DNA of 43,459 nucleotides from a virus, in the IMG/VR virus record IMGVR_UViG_3300047409_000665, positions 1 through 43,459 of that record. The stretch is one strand, 5' to 3'. The position numbers were made by a program, and so were the translations under genes. The notes beneath the pieces were generated by a model. It worked only from the letters and a program-made list of their open reading frames with translations, was not told the origin of the DNA and did no database searches. The first letter of the stretch is position 1. The number at the start of each line of letters is the position of its first letter. Positions 33,005 to 40,875 of this stretch are shown here, piece after piece.

Positions 33005-33379
33005 ATGCCATACAATGCTGGAGTCCCTCAACCTGGAGCCCCTTTCGCCTCGATGGGCCAGGGAATCAACCAGAACGTCGCTGCATTTCAGCAGCAACAG
33101 GATCTTGAGAAACTGCGGCAATTCTATGCGGCGCTCGGCGCCGGCCAAGGCAATCCCTTTCAGGGTGGCCAAGACCCTGCTTTCGGAGGCCGCGGCTTTG
33201 ACGCTGCAGGCAATCCGCTTGGGGCTGCCTCCGGCTCCCAGCCGATTGCTCCCCCTGCGGGCCATCAGCAATACGTTAAGAACGCGGGCGTCAATGCACT
33301 TCTGAATAGCGTCATCAAGCCGAGTGGCGCGGGTGGCGGCAGCGCACTTAGCAAATGGGCGGCGCTCAAGGCATTGTGA
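33005..33379 (+). CDS. Gly/Gln/Pro-rich virion protein; its N-terminus is paralogous to 34174..35487
   Basis: MPYNAGVPQPGAPFASMGQGINQNVAAF aligns with MPYAPGINYQAGELFSKIGPRINANVEAW. Confidence 0.5.
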   Translation: MPYNAGVPQPGAPFASMGQGINQNVAAFQQQQDLEKLRQFYAALGAGQGNPFQGGQDPAFGGRGFDAAGNPLGAASGSQPIAPPAGHQQYVKNAGVNALLNSVIKPSGAGGGSALSKWAALKAL

Positions 33380-33708
33380 ACTATATTTTCCATTGCACTG
33401 GAATTCCTTTGCTGCGCTGGGGGCGCTGGCGCGTCGAGTTGTGGCTGGTGCCTCGGTGCGCTCATATCCCCGGCCACAGACACCCGAACATGGACGCCTG
33501 GTTGATCCACCTGTGGGGCCGGATGCTCTGGCGCCGCGGACCGAAACTTCGTCAGACCCGTCAGATCGGTCCGACCCGGCCGATGAAGGTCGGTGCGGGC
33601 CAGGACCACGAGGCGCTGGCTTACAGTCGCTCGGCTTTCCTCACGGTGGAACGCTGGAAGGCGGGCGCCCAGGTGACCAGCGCGGCCCACGACCTGCAGC
33701 TTGCTTGA
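33376..33708 (+). CDS. Small His-rich (cupin-like?) protein
   Basis: GTG 33376 in a GTGA overlap; CAHIPGHRHPNMDAWLIHLWG. It shares ORF 33355..33708. Confidence 0.4.
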   Translation: MNYIFHCTGIPLLRWGRWRVELWLVPRCAHIPGHRHPNMDAWLIHLWGRMLWRRGPKLRQTRQIGPTRPMKVGAGQDHEALAYSRSAFLTVERWKAGAQVTSAAHDLQLA

Positions 33709-34136
33709 CCCTCGAAATCCCAATTGGAGAACTGACAAATGGCAACGTGGTTGCAGCGGACTGGCTACAGAAATGGCACAAATACTGCCATGCAATCGAC
33801 GATTGCATTGATGAGGCGCGAGGTCCTGAGGCATTGCTCGAGATTCTGGCCGAGGCTGCTGAGCTCTATTCGCACCCATTCTGGCTGGCCAACTGGTTCA
33901 ATCTGCGGCCCATCGTTATTGCCGTCACCAATTGCTACGCCGATTCTGTTGCCTGGGAGAAATCACCTGAGGGATCTGAGCGGGCCATGGCCGACGTACT
34001 TCGATTTGCCGGCGTGGAGATGTACTGCATGGTCGCGGCGATCTGCGGTGGCTACGCCCACATGCGGAAATTTTCCCCGCAAATCCGGCGCCACACCTGG
34101 AGTTCAAACCACGACGGCGCTGGCAATCCCTGTTGA
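33705..34136 (+). CDS. Small helical protein with IDDCID (DDxxD) motif, paralog B
   Basis: TTG 33705 in a TTGA overlap, within ORF 33324..34136; homologous to 31653..32174. Confidence 0.5.
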   Translation: MTLEIPIGELTNGNVVAADWLQKWHKYCHAIDDCIDEARGPEALLEILAEAAELYSHPFWLANWFNLRPIVIAVTNCYADSVAWEKSPEGSERAMADVLRFAGVEMYCMVAAICGGYAHMRKFSPQIRRHTWSSNHDGAGNPC

Positions 34137-34173
34137 CTTGCCTCTCGCCTCCAACCTCTAACCCCTCTTTCAA

Positions 34174-35487
34174 ATGCCTTACGCACCGGGAATTAATTAT
34201 CAGGCCGGAGAGCTCTTCTCCAAGATCGGCCCGCGCATCAACGCCAACGTCGAGGCCTGGAATAAGAACCGTGAGGAACGGGACCAGGCGCATGCCAGTG
34301 CCGAAATGGTCGCCAGATATCTGAAGGACGATCCCGAGGCGGTCGCGATGTTTGGCGATAAACTCGCGAACATCCCCAAGATGAGCACTGGCGCGGCGAA
34401 AGGTTTGCTGGGTGAAGCCACAATGTTTCTGACGCAGCGCCATCTCAAAGCCACTGAAGCGGATCAGCAAGCCCGCACAGGCCTTTTGCAGCAGGAACAA
34501 GCCCGGCTGGCCGGCGAAGCCGCCAGTAAACTCGAGCAGCAGAATCGCCTGGGGAAATTCAACCAGCTCTTGATGGGCCACTTCAATCAGCCTTCGGATG
34601 TCGAGCCTCCCCTTGCGCCAAACCCAGTGGAGTTGGACCCGGGAACTGCTCTTCGATATATGTCCGAGGCCAACGTGTTAGGCGATCCCAACGCCACAAG
34701 TCTCCTGAATGCAATCAACACTTACCAGAACCGGATCCAGAGCTTGCCACTGGGGCGGAGCTTTAAGACTGAATACGGCGATGTGATTACGGGGCTGGGA
34801 CCAGGGGTCGCTCCCAATATCCGTGCACCAAAGGAAGTCACTCCCAAGACGGGCCTGCCCAGGGGGCAAAGCCAGGTCGTTGACGAAGGGACATGGGTCG
34901 GCGCTGGCGAGGATAAAGAGCCTAAGTTCATTCCGAACCCTGACCCACCTAAGGTTACCGATGCGGACAAGACGTTTCTGGATCAGTCCGCCAACCTGGA
35001 TCGGCTGCTTCTGGATCTGGAGAATACCGTCACCAAGTATGGGAACGTGGAAACTGGGCTGCCATGGGTCAGCAATCCAGAAGCAGCGGCGAAGCTCAAG
35101 GCGTTGCCTTACGAAATCGCGATCGCCAAGGCAAAGATTGTCGACCCGGGCAGCGTGGCACGGGAAGGCGAGGTCAAGGCAGCCCAGAAATACCTGATCC
35201 CGATGGGATGGACAATGACAGGGAAGATAAAAAACTCGGAAACCTTGGCGGCCATCAAGGCGCAGCGCGAGGATCTCGCTGCTCGCCGCAAGACCTGGGA
35301 ACAGAATCGAGCGAGCACCGCCACTCCGCGAGGTGCTGCATCAGCAGGAGCGGCTGCCCCGGAATTCAAATCCGCGGGTGATGTGGTGAAAGCCCTTAAC
35401 TCGGGCCAGATCTCTCGCGAGCAAGCCAAACAGATTCTCGTCCAGCGTTTCGGCGTGAGAAGCAGGCAGACCCCAGCCAGCCCGTGA
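34174..35487 (+). CDS. Internal virion / ejection-type protein (437 aa)
   Basis: Helical, Lys/Glu/Ala-rich; precedes the 1169-aa protein. Confidence 0.45.
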   Translation: MPYAPGINYQAGELFSKIGPRINANVEAWNKNREERDQAHASAEMVARYLKDDPEAVAMFGDKLANIPKMSTGAAKGLLGEATMFLTQRHLKATEADQQARTGLLQQEQARLAGEAASKLEQQNRLGKFNQLLMGHFNQPSDVEPPLAPNPVELDPGTALRYMSEANVLGDPNATSLLNAINTYQNRIQSLPLGRSFKTEYGDVITGLGPGVAPNIRAPKEVTPKTGLPRGQSQVVDEGTWVGAGEDKEPKFIPNPDPPKVTDADKTFLDQSANLDRLLLDLENTVTKYGNVETGLPWVSNPEAAAKLKALPYEIAIAKAKIVDPGSVAREGEVKAAQKYLIPMGWTMTGKIKNSETLAAIKAQREDLAARRKTWEQNRASTATPRGAASAGAAAPEFKSAGDVVKALNSGQISREQAKQILVQRFGVRSRQTPASP

Positions 35488-38400
35488 TGTCCAGCTCTGT
35501 TCCAACGTTGGAGGATCTCATTGGTCCTGATGCGCCTGAAGAGCTGACTCTTGAGGAATTGCTTGGTCCGGATGTTGCCGAGGTGGATCCGCGGGTGTTC
35601 GATGAGATCCTCGGTCCGCCTCCGCTCGATGAACTCGAGCAGCGAGTCTCAAACCTCGACTATACCCCCACCGATTACGAGGTGGGCAGGCTTCTGGATT
35701 TACGCGCTCAAGAGAAAGCCAAACAGCCACTGTCAGATCGTATGGGCCATTTGGGGGATGAAGCCGCTGCGGGCGCCTCGGGCCTGATTGGGTTGGTTAA
35801 AGATGCCTTGGTGCGTCCATTTCAGGGAAATCTCGGGATTCGCGATCTGGGCCAATCGATGATCGAAGGTGCAACCCGCTCAACCCTCAGAACCGGTGAA
35901 GGGGCCTATAATACCTTCCCGGATAGTCCAGAGGACATCTATGCTGAGATCCCAGGGGTCAAGCCCCTGATGAGGATGGCTGGTGTGCCGACAGAGAAGC
36001 CGCTCACTGCCGCTCAGGCCCGCGAGAAGGAAATAGAAAAATTCAGAAAGGAACTGGAGGAACAGAAGCTCGCCCGAGACCGCTCCAAGGGTCAGCGCAA
36101 TGCCGTCCCGCAGGTGCTCAGGCGACTTGGGATTGATCTCCCCGAAGAAGCATGGGCAGAAGCCTGGACACCAGATCCCACAATGGCGCAGGCGGCCGAA
36201 CTGCTGGACCCCACAATCGTCATTGGAGGTGCGGAAGGTGCCATAGCCAAAGGCGGATCAGTGGCTCGCCAGGTTGCGGGCCGGACTCTCGCCAGGGCTG
36301 GGCGCGAGGCCGAGCGTGTGGCTGATGTCGGGACCCGCATTTCGGAAGGAATCCGTGCCGTTCCCGAGCGAGTTGCGGAAGGAGTTTTCGGCGAAGGAAC
36401 GAAGGCGGCTGCCGGATTAGAAAAGGCCATCGATCGCACGGCACTCATTCCATCAATTCCTTTGGCTGCGACAGCGGCTGCCACGCTCCCGACGCTGGAG
36501 ATGGGAGGACAGGCTCTCCAGGCTGTTGGTCGCAATCTTGACAAGCCCAGCTACAGCGCACAGCTCGGACTTCTCCAGAACATCTCCCGTGATCCGAATG
36601 CGCCAAAGTGGGTGCGGGACACAGCCAGCGCCACGCGATTTGCAGACCCTGCCCTGAGCGCGGCCGGACGTACCGCCGAGGGAATGCTCCATGGCGGTAC
36701 GACCTCGGCATTGATCACCGCAGCGTTAGGCGGAGATGAGGATCAGATTGCCCGGTCCTTTGGTGGAGGATCCGCTCTCGGAGGAGCGCTGCGAGCCACA
36801 ACAGGCCGCGCAGCCAGGCTGAAGGAAGCGGTGGAGACCGACCTGGCCCGCTGGAAATCGGGAATGACACCAGAGACAGCCGCCACGCTGGAGCAGGTTC
36901 TCCCTGACAGTGCTCAACAAGCGCGGGTGATGAATGCCCAGCGTTTTGTGTCCGGGCTTGGTGATGTCGATTTCAAGTATCTCACCGACGCGCAATGGAA
37001 AGCGGAGGGCAGGACGCCATCACGCGCCATGGAGGTCACCGAAGGCGAAAGGCCTACGGTCCTGGTGAACGTCGACAAGATTGGCAATGGCTCGCCAGTG
37101 CTCCATGAAGCGGGTCACGTGTTGCGCCGTCTTTTGCCCGATGAGTTTGCCGGCGTGGACAGGGCGCTTTTCAGCGATTTCACTGTTGCCGAAGGCGCCG
37201 GCAAGGACTTCATCTCGGGCAGAACCGACACATCCCCTGGTATTCTCAGCCCTGAACTTCAGCAGAAGATTTATGACGCCTATCTGGCCAAGCTCGATCC
37301 GAAGGTCCGGGCTGAACGGGAATCCACCTGGAGCCGCCAGGAACATCTCAACAGCTTGCGGGAAGAGGTCACCAGCGATTTCCTTGGCAGCCTCCTGCAG
37401 GACAAGCGGCCTGATTACCTGATGAGACTCGGTGGAGTGCGGGAGAAACTCCTTGGGGCACTCTCTGCGAGCCAGGAGGGGAAGCTACTGTCGAGGATCC
37501 CCGGCCTGGAACGAATCCGTCAATCTACGGATGTAGCCGGCCGCGCGACCTTCACCATCGACGGCGAGCGCCTGCCAGTCACTGGAAAGGCCGCCAATGA
37601 ATTGAGGCGGGTGCTCAAGGTTCGTGATCGTGTCACCAAAGAACTCACAGCGGACGTGGGTGAGAATACTGGTGTGTCCGGTATCGTAACACCTCGAGAT
37701 ATTGCGGGGGACAAATCCGGCATCATCGCGAAGATGTATGGCAATTCCCCGCTGTTTGCCAAAGACCCGGCCACGGGCAGAGTCATCATCGATCCAGTAA
37801 CCAAGAGTGCGAAGCTCAACGACAATGGCGCCATTGCAAAGCTCACAAACCAGCAGCATCAGCAACTGACTGAGGCCCTTGGGGGTGTGAAGACCACGCC
37901 AGGCGATGTAATTCGGGTCGGTGGCAGGGAACTGGCCCCCATGACTCTGCAGCCCAACAGCAAGAGCTGGGAGGGTCATTATTTCACGGACGCTCAACTC
38001 GACGCCGTTGCCCGAGGTGTGGCGAAGAATCTCATCTCGCCAGAGCATTATCGGAATATCCTCGCCGTGAACGAGGCCATCAAAGCGGGTGACGGAGCGA
38101 TTAAATCCATCAAGTATTTCCCGGCGACCAAGGAGAAAGGCCAGACTGGTAAGCGGAGGTACGCACCGCTTGGCCAGAAACAGTATGCGGTCACTCCATA
38201 CGGATTCTTGATCAACAAGGAAGGCGGCTTGTCGATGCGGACCTTCGATTTCGGTTCACTCCAGAATAAGGTCAACCGCTGGATGCGTGATGAGAACACC
38301 CGCTCACGCCTTTCAGTCTGGCAAGGAGACCGGGAGGCTCTCTGGAAGGATATTTACAAGTACCTGGACAACCACGCGAAAGGATTGCTTAACGATCCCA

Positions 38401-38993
38401 ACCTGCACCCCAACCCGATTGTGGCTGTTCAGAAACGCAATATCATCAGTGACCTACTCATTGGAAAGCGCGTCAACCCGTCCGATGCTAGCCGGAAGAT
38501 CAATCACTTCATCTCGACCGATGCGGGAAAGGATAACCCGGTGAAGACCTTCCGGATCGATCGGCTTGGCGAAATTGGTAAGGAGTCACCCGGGAAATTC
38601 CCGGTGGACTACTTCAAGGTGAAGGAGAACCTGTTGCCACTTGAGGCTCCGGATCCGGCGACCGGCACGCTGCCCCCTGGTGTCACTCCAGGCGCTGTGA
38701 TCAAGCAGGCGCAGGCACAGGCTATCCATGATCTGCGTGGCAAGCTGATCCGGGCGGGTGCACCAGCAGGGTTGGCGGATCAGATTGCTGAGACCGGATG
38801 GAAGAAGGCGGAGAAGGCAGCCAGGCGCCTGCCGGCACCGAGTGAGCGGGCCTATACCGTGAGCGCAGCCCACCGCTTGAACCAGCTGGGGCCAGCAGAC
38901 CTTCAGGCCATTCGTGCCGCTACCATAAGGGGAGGCACAGATGGTGCGGCGGAGGAAATGGGGAGGCGTTTGCTGGTTGGGCGCGTCAGATGA
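35484..38993 (+). CDS. Large internal virion protein with an HExxH zinc-peptidase motif (1169 aa)
   Basis: VLHEAGHVL, with HEAGH at 37104-37118. The N-terminus has a triple L(E/D)xL(I/L)GP repeat. An alternative ATG is at 35487. Confidence 0.55.
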   Translation: MMSSSVPTLEDLIGPDAPEELTLEELLGPDVAEVDPRVFDEILGPPPLDELEQRVSNLDYTPTDYEVGRLLDLRAQEKAKQPLSDRMGHLGDEAAAGASGLIGLVKDALVRPFQGNLGIRDLGQSMIEGATRSTLRTGEGAYNTFPDSPEDIYAEIPGVKPLMRMAGVPTEKPLTAAQAREKEIEKFRKELEEQKLARDRSKGQRNAVPQVLRRLGIDLPEEAWAEAWTPDPTMAQAAELLDPTIVIGGAEGAIAKGGSVARQVAGRTLARAGREAERVADVGTRISEGIRAVPERVAEGVFGEGTKAAAGLEKAIDRTALIPSIPLAATAAATLPTLEMGGQALQAVGRNLDKPSYSAQLGLLQNISRDPNAPKWVRDTASATRFADPALSAAGRTAEGMLHGGTTSALITAALGGDEDQIARSFGGGSALGGALRATTGRAARLKEAVETDLARWKSGMTPETAATLEQVLPDSAQQARVMNAQRFVSGLGDVDFKYLTDAQWKAEGRTPSRAMEVTEGERPTVLVNVDKIGNGSPVLHEAGHVLRRLLPDEFAGVDRALFSDFTVAEGAGKDFISGRTDTSPGILSPELQQKIYDAYLAKLDPKVRAERESTWSRQEHLNSLREEVTSDFLGSLLQDKRPDYLMRLGGVREKLLGALSASQEGKLLSRIPGLERIRQSTDVAGRATFTIDGERLPVTGKAANELRRVLKVRDRVTKELTADVGENTGVSGIVTPRDIAGDKSGIIAKMYGNSPLFAKDPATGRVIIDPVTKSAKLNDNGAIAKLTNQQHQQLTEALGGVKTTPGDVIRVGGRELAPMTLQPNSKSWEGHYFTDAQLDAVARGVAKNLISPEHYRNILAVNEAIKAGDGAIKSIKYFPATKEKGQTGKRRYAPLGQKQYAVTPYGFLINKEGGLSMRTFDFGSLQNKVNRWMRDENTRSRLSVWQGDREALWKDIYKYLDNHAKGLLNDPNLHPNPIVAVQKRNIISDLLIGKRVNPSDASRKINHFISTDAGKDNPVKTFRIDRLGEIGKESPGKFPVDYFKVKENLLPLEAPDPATGTLPPGVTPGAVIKQAQAQAIHDLRGKLIRAGAPAGLADQIAETGWKKAEKAARRLPAPSERAYTVSAAHRLNQLGPADLQAIRAATIRGGTDGAAEEMGRRLLVGRVR

Positions 38994-39007
38994 GATACAG
39001 AACCCGA

Positions 39008-39433
39008 TTAGGTCGTGGCTGGTGGGGATTGAGGTTCCTTGACAACTTTTGGCGTTTCTCGACGTAGTTTGCTATTGAAAAGGTACACTCCCACCAAACT
39101 GCCCAAACTCAGAAGAAATGCAGATAGGCCTACAATTGGTTTACTCATTCCAACTAAGGTTAAGCCTCCGATCATACCCACCGCACCCAGTCCGAAAGCA
39201 AAGTATTGCCCTCGTTGCATCATCTTAAGACGCGCCTCGAGCTCCTTTTTCTGCATGTCGTGGCGGTGACTCTGTTCTTTTTCTGCCATCGCAACGATTC
39301 GCTCCGCGCATCCCGGCAAGGCACGCTCGTAGCCCGCAAGCAATTCAGGTGGTGGGATCGGGGCGGAATATTCGCTGTGCTGGTACGTCAGCGTTACCTG
39401 CTGTCCGACCCGTGGCTTCTGCTGTTCGCTCAC
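39008..39433 (-). CDS. DUF2335-family membrane protein
   Basis: SAPIPPPELLAGYERALPGCAERIVAMAEKEQSHRHDMQ followed by two TM segments; GTG start in a GTGA overlap. Confidence 0.75.
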   Translation of the reverse strand: MSEQQKPRVGQQVTLTYQHSEYSAPIPPPELLAGYERALPGCAERIVAMAEKEQSHRHDMQKKELEARLKMMQRGQYFAFGLGAVGMIGGLTLVGMSKPIVGLSAFLLSLGSLVGVYLFNSKLRRETPKVVKEPQSPPATT

Positions 39434-39645
39434 GCAGCGAACCCCGGAAGGAAAGGCTCAGAGGATTCGAGAATAATATGAACCGGTTGGTTGCTCATCG
39501 CATGAGCGATATACCCGCCGACCCGCTCGAAGTCGCCAGCAATCGCTTGGGCGTCATCCATCTCAAGGGTTTGTCCTGACGGATAATCACCAGCCAGGTT
39601 AAGTACCGAAGCGGCTCCCCAAACGAACGCGTGCCATGGTGACAT
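39430..39645 (-). CDS. Small hypothetical protein upstream of DUF2335
   Basis: MSPWHAFVWGAASVLNLAGDY...DDAQAIAGDFERVGGYIAHAM; internal ATG of ORF 39430..39696. Confidence 0.5.
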   Translation of the reverse strand: MSPWHAFVWGAASVLNLAGDYPSGQTLEMDDAQAIAGDFERVGGYIAHAMSNQPVHIILESSEPFLPGFAA

Positions 39646-39807
39646 CTCCCGAATCACAATGAAAATTGAGCAATCCCGGCTCGCGGAGTCAAGCAACTCG
39701 TTCGTTAGCTGCCGTTTACAAAATAAATATCACACGCGACCCGCGTTGACGTTCACGCCGAGATTCTTGGCGGAATTCCGATTGGCGAAGGACCCTGGCG
39801 GACATAA

Positions 39808-39921
39808 GCGATCCGCGCTGCAACGATCAAAGGCGGCACCGATGGGGCTGCGAAGGAAATCGAGAAGCGGTTACTGGTGGCTCCGACCCGAAGCCAGCGG
39901 ATTCCTGTGCGGGTGAAGTGA
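39808..39921 (+). pseudogene. Relic 3' end of a diverged homologue of the 1169-aa gene
   Basis: It translates AIRAATIKGGTDGAAKEIEKRLLVA..., compared with AIRAATIRGGTDGAAEEMGRRLLVG at 38907-38980. Many differences are synonymous third positions, and an in-frame TAA sits immediately upstream. Confidence 0.7.
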
Positions 39922-39956
39922 CTAATTTCTTTGATCGGTCGGGAGGAGTTTTTTGT

Positions 39957-40640
39957 TTAAAGCAAGGAGAGCGCAGATTTTTGCTCTGACTTTGGATGAT
40001 CGGCTTCTTTGTCTTCAAGTTCAGCAGCCATTCGATCCAATTCCTTGACTGCTTGCACAAGCACCGCGGGATCATCTTGATTTTCGAGCTCGCGTTTAGC
40101 CTGGAGTTCCATTTCGACGTCTGTGAATTTTAGCGCAACCCCTCCTAAGTTGCCGAAGTTAGGCCAGAATGTGATTGCCCGGCCGCCTTGAAGCGAGACT
40201 TGGCAGAGTCCCATCGATGTATAGACCTCTTGCGGTTGGATACCGAACCTATCGCGTATTTCTTTCTCCATCCGTCGCTTCATGAGTTCGTCCCGGACTG
40301 CCGGATTGTTTCCCTGAACAACGAGGCTCACAACCCGATGAGTCAGAGGTGTGACTCGGACCTCGAACGAGGTGAATAGTTCTGAACTTGGGTTGGGCTT
40401 GAATTTGTAGATGATGCTTCCATCCATAGAGCGGGTCACATCCGTTGCTGTGCGAATATCAAAGAATTCTCCGAGCGTTAGCCCAAACATTCCTTGAATT
40501 TTTTCTGCTTGAACTTTTTGTTCTTTAGTCTTCGGGAATTTCAGCGAGGAGACTCTCTCCAGGTCAATTCCCCAGGACTGTTCCAGGCAGGCACTAATCA
40601 TGAGTGCCCAGCACGTTGCGTGAAGGATTCTTGGTATCAT
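39957..40640 (-). CDS. Lipoprotein, hypothetical (lysogenic-conversion candidate)
   Basis: MIPRILHATCWALMISAC signal plus lipobox; start taken at the internal ATG 40640. Confidence 0.55.
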   Translation of the reverse strand: MIPRILHATCWALMISACLEQSWGIDLERVSSLKFPKTKEQKVQAEKIQGMFGLTLGEFFDIRTATDVTRSMDGSIIYKFKPNPSSELFTSFEVRVTPLTHRVVSLVVQGNNPAVRDELMKRRMEKEIRDRFGIQPQEVYTSMGLCQVSLQGGRAITFWPNFGNLGGVALKFTDVEMELQAKRELENQDDPAVLVQAVKELDRMAAELEDKEADHPKSEQKSALSLL

Positions 40641-40740
40641 TTTGTGTCCAAATCGTCTGGTGCGGACGATCGTCGCCGTCCGTATATTCAGTGCAAATGT
40701 CAAATCGCCGCCGTTGCCTTTGGCATTTGGCACCGAGATG

Positions 40741-40763
40741 TAAGTAGCAAATCTAGTAGCAAA
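40741..40763. repeat. Arm-type repeat pair (TAAGTAGCAAA / CTAGTAGCAAA), left of the att core
   Basis: Copies at 40741-51 and 40753-63 with 12-nt period, in the same orientation as the pair at 40997-41019. Confidence 0.6.
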
Positions 40764-40824
40764 GAACACTTCTTCATTCGTAAGTTGTTCACCGTCAGCG
40801 TTTGAGTGACTTTTCCTCCTTTGC

Positions 40825-40863
40825 TCCGTAGTCAGATGCTCTATCCAATTGAGCTACGGATGC
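40825..40863 (-). other. attP core candidate: 5' half (positions 1-38) of a tRNA-Arg(ACG) gene, not a complete tRNA
   Basis: The minus strand reads GCATCCGTAGCTCAATTGGATAGAGCATCTGACTACGGA: acceptor 5' strand, D-arm, anticodon stem 5' strand and loop CUACGGA. No matching 3' stem, T-arm or acceptor 3' strand follows. Confidence 0.65.
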
Positions 40864-40875
40864 CCACAGCCTGAT

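Noticed and set aside
33324-33704. Long N-terminal extension of the ORF encoding DDxxD paralog B
   Set aside because: It overlaps 33005..33379 and 33376..33708 out of frame and gives an Arg/Pro/Gly-rich translation. Homology to paralog A begins after TTG 33705, which forms a TTGA overlap with the upstream stop.
39659-39916. 85-aa plus-strand ORF in the gap between the DUF2335 pair and the lipoprotein gene
   Set aside because: Its 3' part overlaps, in a different frame, a clear relic of the 1169-aa gene's C-terminus. The ORF is best explained as a chance open frame over pseudogene debris.
40641-40769. N-terminal extension (GTG 40769) of the lipoprotein ORF
   Set aside because: The extension, with its FATRFAT peptide, is simply the translated arm-type DNA repeats. 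The signal peptide and lipobox begin at ATG 40640.
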